From Enterobacteria phage ATK47, in the sequence record NC_055708.1: a stretch of 64,000 nt of DNA, one strand, 5' to 3'. Positions 1-13,099 of this stretch are shown here, in pieces. The notes beneath the pieces were generated by a model. The model worked only from the letters and a program-made list of their open reading frames with translations, did no database searches and was not told the origin of the DNA. The stretch's first letter is position 1; each line of letters starts with the position of its first letter. A program made the translations under genes and the position numbers.

Positions 1-74
1 AGATTCGCGCAATAATTTTTGGATTTTACTCATTGCATTTTTTCCTTATGTGATATAGATTATTTATAAAGATT

Positions 75-104
75 GTTTACAACGTATTTGGTATGTGATA
101 CTAT
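75..104 (+). promoter_or_regulatory. T4-type early promoter
   Basis: GTTTAC (75-80), 18-nt spacer, TG-n-TACTAT (96-104); SD GAGGAG and ATG at 134 downstream. Confidence 0.55.
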
Positions 105-133
105 AGACTTATCAAAACATGAGGAGATTAAAA

Positions 134-400
134 ATGAACAAATTAAACTTTATCCGTACCACACTTTCTAACCTTGACAAAGACATCAAAGCTCTGGTAG
201 AAAAATTTGGTACCAATCCTAACGGTAATGCAGTTAATGCATTGGTTAAGAAATACGAAGCCCTGGCTTATGAAACTGACTTCTGGTGGAACGGTGAATA
301 TTCTACCCATACCAAAGACAAATCTGGTAACTGGCTGAAAATCCAAGAAAATCGTATTGACTTCCGTGATATCATCAACCGTCGTGTCAAAGCAGCGTAA
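134..400 (+). CDS. hypothetical protein (88 aa) co-transcribed with homing endonuclease
   Basis: ORF with SD GAGGAG 8 nt upstream of ATG 134; no recognisable motif. Confidence 0.5.
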   Translation: MNKLNFIRTTLSNLDKDIKALVEKFGTNPNGNAVNALVKKYEALAYETDFWWNGEYSTHTKDKSGNWLKIQENRIDFRDIINRRVKAA

Positions 401-403
401 AAT

Positions 404-1063
404 ATGAATTATTTAATTTACAAAATAACCAATCTCATTAATAACAAGATTTATGTTGGAGCCCATGCCACTACAGATGTTAACGATTCTTATATGGGTT
501 CCGGGGTTAACATAGTAAAATCCATAAAGAAATACGGCTTAGAGAATTTTAAAAAGGAAATCCTTTTCAATTTCGAAACATCTGAAGAGATGTATGCTAA
601 GGAAGCCGAACTAGTTGACGAGGCTTTTGTCATGAGAACAGATACTTATAATGCAGCCTTAGGCGGCAAGGGTAATCCTGTTATAGTAGCTTTACAGGAA
701 CCTGGGTATCGTGAGATGTTATCCGAAAAGACAAAAGCTGGTATGTCTGAAGAAGTTCGGGCCAAAATATCTAAAAAGAAATTAGGTTCTAAAGAATCTA
801 AAGAACATCGAGAAAACAAATCTATAGCAAATAAAAAGTTTTATAAAAATAGAGATTCTCATCTTAAAGGTAGAAAACTATCAGAAGAGCATAAAGCAAA
901 AATTAGAAAGAATTCTAATAAAGGTAAGAAATTTGTATTTGTGGATATTTCTATTAAAGGTCATGAATTTAACCACTACGATTACGCTGCCGAATTCTTT
1001 AACGTATCCGCAAAAACTATAAGAAATTGGATTAATGAACGCGATGATTGTTTTAAGCTATAG
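404..1063 (+). CDS. GIY-YIG homing endonuclease (Seg-like)
   Basis: N-terminal YLIYKITN...KIYVGAH (GIY-YIG signature), lysine-rich linker, C-terminal HTH-like DNA-binding tail (SAKTIRNWINER). Confidence 0.85.
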   Translation: MNYLIYKITNLINNKIYVGAHATTDVNDSYMGSGVNIVKSIKKYGLENFKKEILFNFETSEEMYAKEAELVDEAFVMRTDTYNAALGGKGNPVIVALQEPGYREMLSEKTKAGMSEEVRAKISKKKLGSKESKEHRENKSIANKKFYKNRDSHLKGRKLSEEHKAKIRKNSNKGKKFVFVDISIKGHEFNHYDYAAEFFNVSAKTIRNWINERDDCFKL

Positions 1064-1073
1064 AAACAAGAAT

Positions 1074-1091
1074 GGGAGACCGGAGTCTCCC
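1074..1091. terminator. GC-rich hairpin between convergent genes (GGGAGAC-CGGA-GTCTCCC)
   Basis: Perfect 7-bp stem with tetraloop between endonuclease stop (1063) and gene 23 stop (1121); could serve both strands. Confidence 0.5.
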
Positions 1092-1120
1092 ATAAGGTTA
1101 TGTATTTTATCGTTAAAGCA

Positions 1121-2689
1121 TTAAATTCCTTTAACGTAGACGCGTCTAAAGTAAGCGTTCTTACCAAGGCTGTTCAGGATAGACGGCATACCGGACTGGA
1201 TGCGAGCACCTGGAGCCTGCAGGGAACTTTCAGCAAACGGGTTAACACCGATACCGTAACGAGTTTTAAAGCCCATTACCGGCTGGAAGTTCTTAGGATC
1301 GGAACCACGCAGTGGGGTAAGTGCAACGTAAGGAGCATAGTAAATACCTGCATCCATTTCGTTAGCGCCTTTGTAACCAACGGTGAAGTAATCCTGTTTA
1401 GCATACTGGTCGATGTATACGCGGTATTTACCACCAAGTACACCGGCAAATACAGACTTAGTAGTGTCGGTATTAAAACCAGAAGCCAGACCCTGTGCAG
1501 CGTAAGAAATACCAGTATCAACTGAAGCCAGTACGTTAACTACGTTACGGGAAGCGATAATGAAGTTACCTTCACCACGACCGGTTTGACGAGCAATTTC
1601 AACTGCTTCTTTATCAATCTGGAACAACAGAGATTTAAAGCTTTCACCGGCCCAACGAGCACCACGGATATCAATCGGGTCCTGGAAGTCAAATACACCA
1701 GCTTTAGAACCCGGAGTCAGGGTCATACCAGATTTACCAACCTGTGCCGAGTAGTTAATCCAATCAACAACTTCACGGTTGATTTCTAGCATAATTTCTG
1801 TAGCCAGAATACCGCTCAGTTCAGCATCAGCATCCATACCGTGTACTGCACGGAGGTCTTGTGCCAATTCGATGGAGTAAGCAGCTTTCAGCTGGCGAGA
1901 TTTAGCTTCGATAACTTGTTTATCGATACGGAAGCCCATTTCGTTCCACGGGTTGTCGGTAGAACCGTTGAAACCTTCCTGGAGTTCAGCGATAGAAGTA
2001 GCCATACCTTCAGCGATTTCTACCAGTGCACCAGCTTCCATTTGTTTCTTAACTTCTGCATCTAATTTAGCTGCATCAGTTGCACCAGAATCAAGTGTTA
2101 CGATAGCAGAAGCTTGCAGATATACAGTACCAGTTTCTTGGAAGAAGTGAGTATAGATATCACCTACAACGGTAGTAGTGTCAGCAGCCAGAGCTGGGAA
2201 TTTCTTAGCAGCACCCTGACCAGAGAACATCGCGTCCGGGGCATACATCGGATGGAAAGCTTCTTTAGCGCCAGCAGCGATAGGGTCTTTACCATATACT
2301 GCACGGAGAGCAAATACCTGACCGGTAGGGCTGTTCATAGGCTGAACACCACAAATATCAAAAGCGATCAGATTAGGAATAGCACGACGAACCATACCCA
2401 TAACTGCCGGCCCAATTTGGGTTACTGCACCAGAGGTTTGACCTGCTGCGATGTTCTGAGCATTATAACCGTGGTCACCACCAATTTCAGCTTCGGTCAA
2501 GAAAGAACCAAATGCCTGAGCGATTTTCTCGTCTTTATATTCAGGGGATACTTCGAAATCTTTTTCCTGGTTTTCGAAGATTTTAGCGATAATAGCCTGC
2601 TTGCTATTAGCGATTTCCGGCAGGCCTTCACCTTCCAGCAGTTCTTTCCATTTGTCTACGAGCTGAGCTTTAGTTTTGATAGTAGTCAT
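1121..2689 (-). CDS. 23: major capsid protein gp23
   Basis: 521-aa product near-identical over full length to T4 gp23 as recalled (MTTIKTKA...FRRVYVKGI). Confidence 0.97.
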   Translation of the reverse strand: MTTIKTKAQLVDKWKELLEGEGLPEIANSKQAIIAKIFENQEKDFEVSPEYKDEKIAQAFGSFLTEAEIGGDHGYNAQNIAAGQTSGAVTQIGPAVMGMVRRAIPNLIAFDICGVQPMNSPTGQVFALRAVYGKDPIAAGAKEAFHPMYAPDAMFSGQGAAKKFPALAADTTTVVGDIYTHFFQETGTVYLQASAIVTLDSGATDAAKLDAEVKKQMEAGALVEIAEGMATSIAELQEGFNGSTDNPWNEMGFRIDKQVIEAKSRQLKAAYSIELAQDLRAVHGMDADAELSGILATEIMLEINREVVDWINYSAQVGKSGMTLTPGSKAGVFDFQDPIDIRGARWAGESFKSLLFQIDKEAVEIARQTGRGEGNFIIASRNVVNVLASVDTGISYAAQGLASGFNTDTTKSVFAGVLGGKYRVYIDQYAKQDYFTVGYKGANEMDAGIYYAPYVALTPLRGSDPKNFQPVMGFKTRYGIGVNPFAESSLQAPGARIQSGMPSILNSLGKNAYFRRVYVKGI

Positions 2690-2706
2690 TTGTGTTAACC
2701 TTTAAA

Positions 2707-3519
2707 TTAGAAACGAGATGCGACTTTCGCATATAAACTTACATTAGAATTCTGTTCTACCTGAGTTGTGGTAGTGTCAACTGCTTCGGCAACAAAATTA
2801 AGACCGGCAGCGTCATTGTCAACTGTATTTATACTTTCGGTAATAGCGGCTTCTTCTTTAGTAGAACCTTTAACCATTTCTACAATAGCAGTTAACTTAG
2901 TACCAAATGCGTCAGAATAATCCATACCTTCAACCAGGCCAATAACTTTTTCTTTCTGAGATTCAGTCAGGTCTTTTACGCTTTCATTAATAGCGGTTTC
3001 ACGCTGAACGTAATTGATATATGCATCACGTTTGGTAACTTCTTCGAACAAACGAGCGGTTTCTTCTTTATGTTCGGCCAGCTCTTCTTCCATTTCTGCT
3101 ACAACATCTACAGATTCTTCTGGAACAACAACGTTATGTTCAACAAACAGTTCTTTCAGACCACCAAGCATGGATTCGAACAAATCAGCTTTAATGCCTT
3201 TATCAACTGCGATTTGGTTTTCTGCGAGCCATTCTTTTGCAAGATGGTCTAGGAATTTAGAAGCTTGTTCAGCCAATTTTTTATCAGCTTTCTCTTCAGC
3301 ATCTTCTTTGGCCTTTTCAACTTCTTCTTCAGCCTTTTCGGCGATGGCTTTGATATGAGATTCAGCCAGTTTGACTGCTTCCTGCTTAACGGTGGCTTCG
3401 AATACAGTGCTGAAATTAGCTTTAACGTCCGGAGACAGTTCTACTGATTCGAAAACACTATTAAGAGCAACTGAAGTCTCGATGTTCTGAGCTTCTTTCA
3501 AAAGTTGTTCTTTGATCAT
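2707..3519 (-). CDS. 22: prohead core scaffold protein gp22
   Basis: 270 aa, acidic helical protein, immediately upstream of 23; size and synteny as T4 gp22. Confidence 0.85.
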   Translation of the reverse strand: MIKEQLLKEAQNIETSVALNSVFESVELSPDVKANFSTVFEATVKQEAVKLAESHIKAIAEKAEEEVEKAKEDAEEKADKKLAEQASKFLDHLAKEWLAENQIAVDKGIKADLFESMLGGLKELFVEHNVVVPEESVDVVAEMEEELAEHKEETARLFEEVTKRDAYINYVQRETAINESVKDLTESQKEKVIGLVEGMDYSDAFGTKLTAIVEMVKGSTKEEAAITESINTVDNDAAGLNFVAEAVDTTTTQVEQNSNVSLYAKVASRF

Positions 3520-3549
3520 TTTAGTGTCCTGTGGTTTAGATTACATTAT

Positions 3550-3557
3550 TATTTATA
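3550..3557 (-). promoter_or_regulatory. T4-type late promoter TATAAATA (gene 22)
   Basis: Exact TATAAATA on minus strand 30 nt upstream of gene 22 ATG. Confidence 0.6.
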
Positions 3558-4200
3558 ATGCTTTTAAACTCTCTGCGAGAGCTTTAAATGCTTCGTCAGC
3601 ACTGTTTTTGGTGATTTCCACCGAATTTTCTGATTCTGATTCTGATATTTGTTTAGGAGTAACCCAAGCATCTGGAGCAGAAGGTCCCCATACGGCATCT
3701 ACGCCGACGGTTAATTTAAATCCTTCGTTCACGATACGGTACCCTTTATTGGTGTCGGTTAAAGAACCAAGACCACGAGAGGAAACACCTGGAATCCAAC
3801 CAGCTCGTATATTAGCAGCTAATTTATCGCCGGGACCATGGTCACCTTCAATAATTCTAGCACGTCCATATACATCGTTTCCTTTCCACCACATATCTTC
3901 AATAATGATAGCGGCTTGCATAGGGTCAACATTTGCACGAGGTGGATGGTTTAATTCTCCAAGGGCTTGTTTGGTTGCGACTTGTTCTTTAATATAGTCA
4001 CTTACTGCTTTTTCCAAAACGCGTTTAGGATATAAACGTTTATTTCGGTTAACAACCTCTGCCTGAAGAAAAATACCTTCTATATAAAGCCCTGGTTTTA
4101 AGCCAGAATCTTTTCCATCATGAGATTCCAACATTGGAACGCCATCAATAATCTCACCGGGTTGACCCCAAGTTTCAATAAGTAACTCGGGTTTATTCAT
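3553..4200 (-). CDS. 21: prohead protease gp21
   Basis: 215 aa; position and size as T4 gp21. Confidence 0.85.
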   Translation of the reverse strand: MNKPELLIETWGQPGEIIDGVPMLESHDGKDSGLKPGLYIEGIFLQAEVVNRNKRLYPKRVLEKAVSDYIKEQVATKQALGELNHPPRANVDPMQAAIIIEDMWWKGNDVYGRARIIEGDHGPGDKLAANIRAGWIPGVSSRGLGSLTDTNKGYRIVNEGFKLTVGVDAVWGPSAPDAWVTPKQISESESENSVEITKNSADEAFKALAESLKAL

Positions 4201-4625
4201 TAGCTTAATCCTAATGCTTTACGACGTTTAAGAGCCTTTTTACGCTTACGCAAGCCTTTAACTTGGCCTGAAGGGTTAGCTTTTTTAGCTTTAACGACCT
4301 TACGAGCGATTTGTCTACGTTTTGCTTTAGAAAGACCAGTGGTTTGGAACGCGTTACGTTCACGAGTTTTACGGTCTTTAGTGCGGGTGACTTCACCACG
4401 AGAAGAAACATGTTTAACGATAAACTCATTTAACTGTTCTTCATTAATAATGGAAGCCATTGCAACAGCTAAATCCGTTTCAGTTTCAAGCATGTTCTCG
4501 ATAATAGTATTTATATCGTCAATATCGAGAGCAGAAGACAATGCATCGATTCGGCCCTGTGCTTCAGGAATAAGTGCTTCGACATTTTCGAGTACCAATT
4601 CATAAGATTCAGGGATAAGATACAT
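4200..4625 (-). CDS. 68: prohead core protein gp68
   Basis: 141 aa, same length and position as T4 gp68. Confidence 0.8.
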   Translation of the reverse strand: MYLIPESYELVLENVEALIPEAQGRIDALSSALDIDDINTIIENMLETETDLAVAMASIINEEQLNEFIVKHVSSRGEVTRTKDRKTRERNAFQTTGLSKAKRRQIARKVVKAKKANPSGQVKGLRKRKKALKRRKALGLS

Positions 4626-4864
4626 TATTCATCGTCCTCATCATCTTCGTCTTCGTCGTCATCGCCTTCATCAGCGTCGTCTTCCGAAGCTTTAGCTTTC
4701 TTTTCTTCTTCTTCAGGTTCTTCGCCTTCAATCAAAAATTGAGAAGCGATTTCTGCTTTGCGTGCTTCAATCAAACGAACCGCTTTTTCTGCCATTGCAC
4801 TTTCAAAAAACTTTCGAGTAGCAACGAGGTCGTTTGATTTAATAGCTTGAATTAAATCGTCCAT
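4625..4864 (-). CDS. 67: prohead core protein gp67
   Basis: 79 aa with poly-acidic C-terminus ([15 protein letters not shown]); position as T4 gp67. Confidence 0.8.
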   Translation of the reverse strand: MDDLIQAIKSNDLVATRKFFESAMAEKAVRLIEARKAEIASQFLIEGEEPEEEEKKAKASEDDADEGDDDEDEDDEDDE

Positions 4865-6435
4865 TAAAAATCCTCTTGTTCTTGGTCGGGGTCTTGGAAA
4901 CGAGCCTCTTTCGACTCTTCTTCAATTTGCTTAGCCTCTTGTTCAATTTCCTCGTCAGACATCTGAAGAATATCTTTCATAGCTGTTCTGTGAGAAATAT
5001 ATTTACCAATAAATGGTTCGGCCATCTGAAGCATATTAATGCGACGCTCCAGAATCTCAGCATCCTTTAATTCCGAGAAATAACTATCCCGATGAAATTT
5101 TATCTTAATATTATTTATTTCATCATTCCACTCATCTTCTGTAATAATTCCTTTAAGAATTAAATTAGTTTTAAGCGGGTCTAGGAATATCTCTTCAAAT
5201 TTATGTTGCAGCTCACGAATAAATTTACCAAATGACAATTCATCTCGTGTAATAGAAGTACCAGCATCAAACTGTATACCACCTTGGTCACTTGGAATAC
5301 GGGTAATAGGAATACGTAAAGCCATATAAAGCGCATTACGGAACCAACGTACATCTTCCATATTTCCAGTATTATCTGCACCTGGTAATGTGTCAACTTC
5401 TGTTACTGCTTTACCATCACGTCGTTGTAACCAATAATCTTCGGTCATCGACATAATATGCTGCTGGTTTTTAATCTTGCCTGTAGTAGCATCATATGCA
5501 ATACGGTTTTTCATCGTATTCATAACATGCTGCATATGTTCTGCTGCTTTTCTTGAAGGCATATTACCTGTATCAACGTACCATACACGACGATCGGGAG
5601 CACGAGTAATACGATAAATTACGACGGCATCTTCAAGAAGTTTTAATTGGTTCGCCGGCTTAATAGCCCGATGCAAATAACCGATGATATTTTTACCACA
5701 ACAATCAACTAAACCAGAATGGGCATAAACAATCGCGGCTTTAGGGATTTTTATTTTTGTGCCAGCTTCATATATGCGGCCATCACAAGCATAAGATTCG
5801 TGTGATGTGTCATAAATGAAATATTCTTTATAACCCTTGACTATTTTAACACCGGCTTCAGTGGTTGTAATAACTTCACGGACATATTGAACTTGACGTG
5901 GGTCTAAACGACGAAGCTCTTTAATACCTTCTTTAGGGCGTTTAGGGTCAATAATTTTATGGAAGAAAATTCGAGAATCTACATACCAACGCCTAAAATG
6001 GTCTGAACCTTTACGTTGGAAAGATAAATGATTCAACACTTCGTTAAATTCATCCAACATCATTGATTTTATATTTGGACTAAATTTTGTGTTGTCTAAA
6101 TTTATAGAAACGACTTCTGTGTCATCTTCATATACGATAGCATCAGAAACTATTTCAGAGACTGCATTATCCACTTCATAGTTCGTCATCAAATTTCTAT
6201 ACGTATCGATTAATTCACGCGTTGATTTGAGCCCTGGTTCTTGGCTACCGAACATTCTCTGAAACATAGCATTATATGTTTGCTGTGCTTCATTTTCAGA
6301 TACTTCGTATTCTTTAGCACCGTCGTCTAATTTTGGTGAGGTGATCGATTCTAAATTTTCTTTTTCTTGGTCTTTGTAATCACGTTCGTCCATTTTTGCC
6401 CATGGAGCAAACAAACTTAAGATATTAAATTTCAT
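4864..6435 (-). CDS. 20: portal vertex protein gp20
   Basis: 523 aa; size and synteny as T4 gp20. Confidence 0.9.
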   Translation of the reverse strand: MKFNILSLFAPWAKMDERDYKDQEKENLESITSPKLDDGAKEYEVSENEAQQTYNAMFQRMFGSQEPGLKSTRELIDTYRNLMTNYEVDNAVSEIVSDAIVYEDDTEVVSINLDNTKFSPNIKSMMLDEFNEVLNHLSFQRKGSDHFRRWYVDSRIFFHKIIDPKRPKEGIKELRRLDPRQVQYVREVITTTEAGVKIVKGYKEYFIYDTSHESYACDGRIYEAGTKIKIPKAAIVYAHSGLVDCCGKNIIGYLHRAIKPANQLKLLEDAVVIYRITRAPDRRVWYVDTGNMPSRKAAEHMQHVMNTMKNRIAYDATTGKIKNQQHIMSMTEDYWLQRRDGKAVTEVDTLPGADNTGNMEDVRWFRNALYMALRIPITRIPSDQGGIQFDAGTSITRDELSFGKFIRELQHKFEEIFLDPLKTNLILKGIITEDEWNDEINNIKIKFHRDSYFSELKDAEILERRINMLQMAEPFIGKYISHRTAMKDILQMSDEEIEQEAKQIEEESKEARFQDPDQEQEDF

Positions 6436-6463
6436 TGTATTCTCCGAATGGGAATTATAGTTA

Positions 6464-6471
6464 TATTTATA
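6464..6471 (-). promoter_or_regulatory. T4-type late promoter TATAAATA (gene 20)
   Basis: Exact TATAAATA on minus strand 28 nt upstream of gene 20 ATG. Confidence 0.6.
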
Positions 6472-6519
6472 TGGACTTCTCCGTCATCACGGGAAGCTGG
6501 GGATTTCTCCCCAACCAGA

Positions 6520-7011
6520 TTATTCCCACCAATCAAGAGCAAGAGTTACTTCGAACGTTTCAATCTCGTTATTACTGTCCCAGTCAAGAGATACTTCACC
6601 AACGTTAGTAGGCCACAAGCCAACAATTTCAACTTCTTTAGTGACCGTTTTAGCATCACGAGCAAATTGACGAACGATAGCAGACTTTTTATATTCAGCA
6701 GGTTTACCACCGGTAATTTCATTACCTTGTCCTGCTGCAATACCTTGCCAATCAACAAATTTCTGACGAATGCTATGAGCATCATCGTTCATTACTGTAA
6801 TAGTCCAATCATCAAATGTACGATCACCAGCCACATTAATTTTACGGTTCATATAAGAAACAGGAACCTTTTCAACGATCGCAGCAGGAAGAGCCGTAGC
6901 ACGACACTGGAAGCTAAAGTTTTGCCCAAGATAAGAGATTTCTACTTCGAACAGGTTAGGGCGAGCGAAATCACCAGATTCGAAGGCACGAGTTACGTCA
7001 TCTACAAACAT
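6520..7011 (-). CDS. 19: tail tube protein gp19
   Basis: 163 aa, identical length and position to T4 gp19. Confidence 0.88.
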   Translation of the reverse strand: MFVDDVTRAFESGDFARPNLFEVEISYLGQNFSFQCRATALPAAIVEKVPVSYMNRKINVAGDRTFDDWTITVMNDDAHSIRQKFVDWQGIAAGQGNEITGGKPAEYKKSAIVRQFARDAKTVTKEVEIVGLWPTNVGEVSLDWDSNNEIETFEVTLALDWWE

Positions 7012-7083
7012 ATTAGCCTCTGTAGTAATATGGGCTTAGGATTAACCGGATGCCCATAGAATTAATTTTTAAACGATATAGTA

Positions 7084-7091
7084 TATTTATA
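7084..7091 (-). promoter_or_regulatory. T4-type late promoter TATAAATA (gene 19)
   Basis: Exact TATAAATA on minus strand between genes 18 and 19. Confidence 0.55.
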
Positions 7092-7092
7092 T

Positions 7093-7110
7093 GGGCTACC
7101 GAAATAGCCC
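7093..7110 (-). terminator. hairpin after gene 18 (GGGCTA-N6-TAGCCC)
   Basis: 6-bp inverted repeat directly 3' of gene 18 stop and 5' of the gene 19 late promoter. Confidence 0.45.
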
Positions 7111-7123
7111 ATCAGGCGTCTTA

Positions 7124-9106
7124 TTAACCACCTACAGCACCAATCAGTTCGTCGAAATCGGCACCAGTTGCTGTTGCTACAAAGTTCAACGTAATATAAT
7201 TTATCGAGCGGGCAGGTTGTAAGTAGAAAGTAGCTACAAATTCATTACGGTCGATAACTGCTGGGGTGTTATTGGTAGTATCACAAACAACTTTAAAGTT
7301 ATATACACCACCGAGAGCTTTAATACCCTGTAGATATTGAGAAGTCTCTGTACGGAAAGAAGAACGGGTAAATGCGTTGTTCAATTCAAACAGGCGATAT
7401 TTAGATGCTGAACCAATGTTCGTTTTAACCATATTGAACAAACGACGAACGTTAATACGGTCAAATGGTGAAGGAACGGAAGTGGCAGTTTTATCACCAT
7501 ACAGAACATATCCGTCACCGCCGGTGCCAGTAACAGGGTTAATAGCTTCCTGATACAAACGATCACGTTGTGGTTGACGAGTTTCAATTGCAAGCTTAAT
7601 AACGTTAAGAATTTGTCCACGGTTATAACCGGCCGGAGACATCCAAGGTTGAGAAATATTGTCTGTGCGAGCACAAAGACCTGCAATATCAGCAGCTAAC
7701 GGAACCCAACGATTCACGTCATTATATTTGTCATATTGATATTTATAGTTACCGTCAATAGCAGCATAAGTAGAACTTACATTAAAGTTATTATCAGTGT
7801 AAGTTCCTGATGCAGTACGCCAATCAACCAGATTATCAACTGCACGATTAACAGGAATACCGACTATAGTTGAACGTGGTGGTGAGCAAAGAACCAAGCA
7901 ATCTTGGCGAGAATCACCAATTGCTACAACATGTTTCTGAACCGTGGAAGCAACTTCTAAAGATTCACCTGCACAAGAACCGGCAATAAACAACTGCGCA
8001 TTAACAGATTCGCGGTCAGCAAACAAATCCCAAGCTTCCATTAAATCACCAGCGTCAACCGTTTCATTAGATGATAAGCCACCACTCAGTTTGATTACGC
8101 CAGAGAAACCTTTTGGCCAACCTTGTGCAGTAGCGAAAATATAATTGCTTGCGCCTTTAGCAAAGAAATCATCAATAAAGATATTACTACCATAAATATC
8201 GCGTTCACCACGTTTAGTAGAAAGAACTACACTCTGGACTACAGCATCGTTACGACGAACGATAATTGCATATTGGTCATCTGTTTGTGGGCCATACCCA
8301 AAGATTGCTTTAGCCGTAGATGCACGAGTACCACCATCAGGATAAATTTTTAACTGGGCTGAAGCACCTTTGTCATAGTCTGCTTTAGATACGATTTCAA
8401 TTTCGAGCTGGTCCCCAAGTTCACCAGGATAAAGAGCAACTACGCCTGGGACACCATATTTTTTAATAGATTCTTGGAAAGTTACAGAAGTAATAGCTTC
8501 TTCAGAAGTTTCAACTTCAGTTAACAGAATACCAGAATCAGTTACGATAGAACCAATTGTAATAACGCCAGAGAGCCCAGAAGAAGAACTGGCTACTTCG
8601 GCGGTCCAGTTAGAACCCAATGCCGGATATTCATTAATTTCTTTTGCACGAGCAATAATTTTACCGGTTGGGATATAAATGTTAAGAATTTTACCATCGA
8701 CATCAACTGAAGTTACATAACCATCTGCTTCAACAGTTTCAGTCAAATACTTAACGATAATTTTATCACCAACCGCATAGTTACTACCAGCAGCAGAGAT
8801 TGTGAATTCAATATTGCCTGCTACAGGAGATGAGTTCTTAGCAGTATCACGATCAACTGCGCGTACAACACGAAGGTCATTACCATATTGAAGGAAGTTC
8901 ATAGCAGACATGAAATAATCTGCTGTATCTGTATTAGGAGTACCAAACATATCAACCAATGCAACTTCATCAGTGATTTGTTTAATCTGGAATGCAGGTC
9001 CCCATTGGAATTTTCCAGCCAGGGCAGCAGTACCAGTGGAGTTATTAACTACAGTACTCTGTACGGTAGTTTCTTTGAGCTCAACGCCCGGAGAGAGAAG
9101 TGCCAT
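7124..9106 (-). CDS. 18: contractile tail sheath protein gp18
   Basis: 660 aa; size and synteny as T4 gp18. Confidence 0.9.
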   Translation of the reverse strand: MALLSPGVELKETTVQSTVVNNSTGTAALAGKFQWGPAFQIKQITDEVALVDMFGTPNTDTADYFMSAMNFLQYGNDLRVVRAVDRDTAKNSSPVAGNIEFTISAAGSNYAVGDKIIVKYLTETVEADGYVTSVDVDGKILNIYIPTGKIIARAKEINEYPALGSNWTAEVASSSSGLSGVITIGSIVTDSGILLTEVETSEEAITSVTFQESIKKYGVPGVVALYPGELGDQLEIEIVSKADYDKGASAQLKIYPDGGTRASTAKAIFGYGPQTDDQYAIIVRRNDAVVQSVVLSTKRGERDIYGSNIFIDDFFAKGASNYIFATAQGWPKGFSGVIKLSGGLSSNETVDAGDLMEAWDLFADRESVNAQLFIAGSCAGESLEVASTVQKHVVAIGDSRQDCLVLCSPPRSTIVGIPVNRAVDNLVDWRTASGTYTDNNFNVSSTYAAIDGNYKYQYDKYNDVNRWVPLAADIAGLCARTDNISQPWMSPAGYNRGQILNVIKLAIETRQPQRDRLYQEAINPVTGTGGDGYVLYGDKTATSVPSPFDRINVRRLFNMVKTNIGSASKYRLFELNNAFTRSSFRTETSQYLQGIKALGGVYNFKVVCDTTNNTPAVIDRNEFVATFYLQPARSINYITLNFVATATGADFDELIGAVGG

Positions 9107-9133
9107 TTTAATTCCTCTTAATTTGCTTTATTT

Positions 9134-11450
<2,317 letters not shown>

Positions 11451-11459
11451 ATTTACCTC

Positions 11460-12284
11460 TTATTGTTTTCTAGGACCAGGAGGGGTTGGTGGAGTCGGGA
11501 TTGGAATATCATGAGTATAAGTTTGTTCAACTTCACCATTCCAATCTTGTGCTTCAACGTCTCTCGGTTTAATTTCTGTATCAACTGATTCAAAAACGCT
11601 GGCGGCTGTTTGAAGGTCTCGTTCGTTAGCATGAAAATCAAGATAAGTCGTTTTAATAAGGCCTTCAGCTGCGCCTACCGGAGGATACATCCATCCATTT
11701 ACTTCAAATGTTAATGACCACTCTAAACGTCGACGGGATAAATTATCACCGTCTATTTGTTCATCCATTGCTGCTGCCATCCATACGACTTTAATATCCC
11801 TTTCAAATGGAATATCCTGCCCATATTGCTCAATCATAGTCGTATTAAAATGCGGCTGAAAATATGGAATAATTTGCTCAACGATTTGGAACATATCATC
11901 TTCATAACGAGTAAAGATGCTCAGTTCAAAAATCATTTTAATTGGTGATGGGTTGTATTGGTCTACAATATCCTTAGTCGATTTACTCAAAAGAGAGTTA
12001 TTCAATATATTCGTTTTAAACGTTGGGTTATAAACGAAATCTACCATTTGAAGATTTATACGTGGTAGAATAGTTTCGACTTTAGCCACATCTTCTTGTG
12101 AGTTTATAGAGGTCCATTTATTAAGTTTCATCATAAAGTGCTCTTTAGATGCATACGTAATAGGAACTCTAATTAATTTATTGCCTGTAGACAATTGACG
12201 GTTAACTTGGATATTTGAAAACAAATCGCCCATCATTGTGATATATCGCCTGAACGACGAGTTGTAAAAATAACCAAACATCAT
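11460..12284 (-). CDS. 15: tail sheath stabiliser/completion protein gp15
   Basis: 274 aa; synteny with T4 gp15. Confidence 0.8.
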   Translation of the reverse strand: MMFGYFYNSSFRRYITMMGDLFSNIQVNRQLSTGNKLIRVPITYASKEHFMMKLNKWTSINSQEDVAKVETILPRINLQMVDFVYNPTFKTNILNNSLLSKSTKDIVDQYNPSPIKMIFELSIFTRYEDDMFQIVEQIIPYFQPHFNTTMIEQYGQDIPFERDIKVVWMAAAMDEQIDGDNLSRRRLEWSLTFEVNGWMYPPVGAAEGLIKTTYLDFHANERDLQTAASVFESVDTEIKPRDVEAQDWNGEVEQTYTHDIPIPTPPTPPGPRKQ

Positions 12285-12333
12285 TTCTCCTAACCGGCCT
12301 TTCGACCGGTGTTTGCTTTATCTTATCTATTTA

Positions 12334-13098
12334 TTAATTCATAAACCCATCGTCAAATGGTGAATTTTGTCTACCACGGTTGTTAACTACTACATACGGC
12401 TCAACGTATTCACTTGCCTCTGAATTGATTTGCTCAACTTCAGAATATTCATCGATATTAATGTCATGGATACCGTCAAGATTTCTAACAGGGTTAAGTT
12501 CCAAGTCACTAAATTCAGGTATATTGATACCTTCATTTTTCTGAAGCACCGGATTGATTTCTTCGCCAGAGTAAATAAACTTGCCTGCAGTAATTTTACG
12601 AATCGCATTTTTACCTACTTGATAGAATGGGTCGTATGGTTCAACCCAGTTAATCTCAAACAAACTGTTGTCCATTGGGAAGTATATTAAATCACCTTCC
12701 TTGGGCTCCTGATTGTTGACCTGGTGTTTGAAAAGACCTGGGTTAATAGATAATGTAACTTCGTCTTGAACTTGCATTCCGAAGTTGCTGAAGAACGATT
12801 TCGCTCCTTCATAACCTTCAAAAGAGTTCAGATATGCAGCAAATTTCCATGCTTTAGTAAATTTATTTTTAAGGTCCTCACCAAAGATAAGGTCCACGGC
12901 AACATATTCACGTGGAACATAAAAACATTCAATACCGCGCATCTGTATGCTTTCTGCCACTAGAACATCGGCTAATGTCTGACTATTCTCATAGTTATTA
13001 AAATTGACAAATGGATTGAGGATTTCGGTCTCATTTGTCTGAGAATACCCACCACGATTTTCTAGTTTGGCGAAAAGATTTTTATCATAAGTTGCCAT
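12334..13098 (-). CDS. 14: neck protein gp14
   Basis: 254 aa; synteny with T4 gp14. Confidence 0.8.
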   Translation of the reverse strand: MATYDKNLFAKLENRGGYSQTNETEILNPFVNFNNYENSQTLADVLVAESIQMRGIECFYVPREYVAVDLIFGEDLKNKFTKAWKFAAYLNSFEGYEGAKSFFSNFGMQVQDEVTLSINPGLFKHQVNNQEPKEGDLIYFPMDNSLFEINWVEPYDPFYQVGKNAIRKITAGKFIYSGEEINPVLQKNEGINIPEFSDLELNPVRNLDGIHDINIDEYSEVEQINSEASEYVEPYVVVNNRGRQNSPFDDGFMN

Positions 13099-13099
13099 A

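Larger units (their letters stand above)
75..1091 (+). mobile_element. Seg-like homing endonuclease cassette (promoter, small ORF, GIY-YIG endonuclease, hairpin) convergent with gene 23
   Basis: Self-contained plus-strand unit inserted 3' of minus-strand capsid gene; GIY-YIG ORF inside. Confidence 0.55.

Noticed and set aside
61-68. TATTTATA (minus-strand TATAAATA) at the window edge
   Set aside because: Would point out of the window (possibly to a gene 24 homologue) but also lies in the AT-rich upstream region of the plus-strand early promoter at 75; cannot assign.
2114-2698. 194-aa plus-strand ORF
   Set aside because: Antisense within the major capsid gene 23; spurious.
6448-7059. 203-aa plus-strand ORF
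   Set aside because: Antisense to tail tube gene 19 and the gene 20/19 intergenic region; spurious.
12328-12335. Near-match late promoter (AATAAATA on minus strand) upstream of gene 15
   Set aside because: One mismatch to the TATAAATA consensus at the critical first position; not called.
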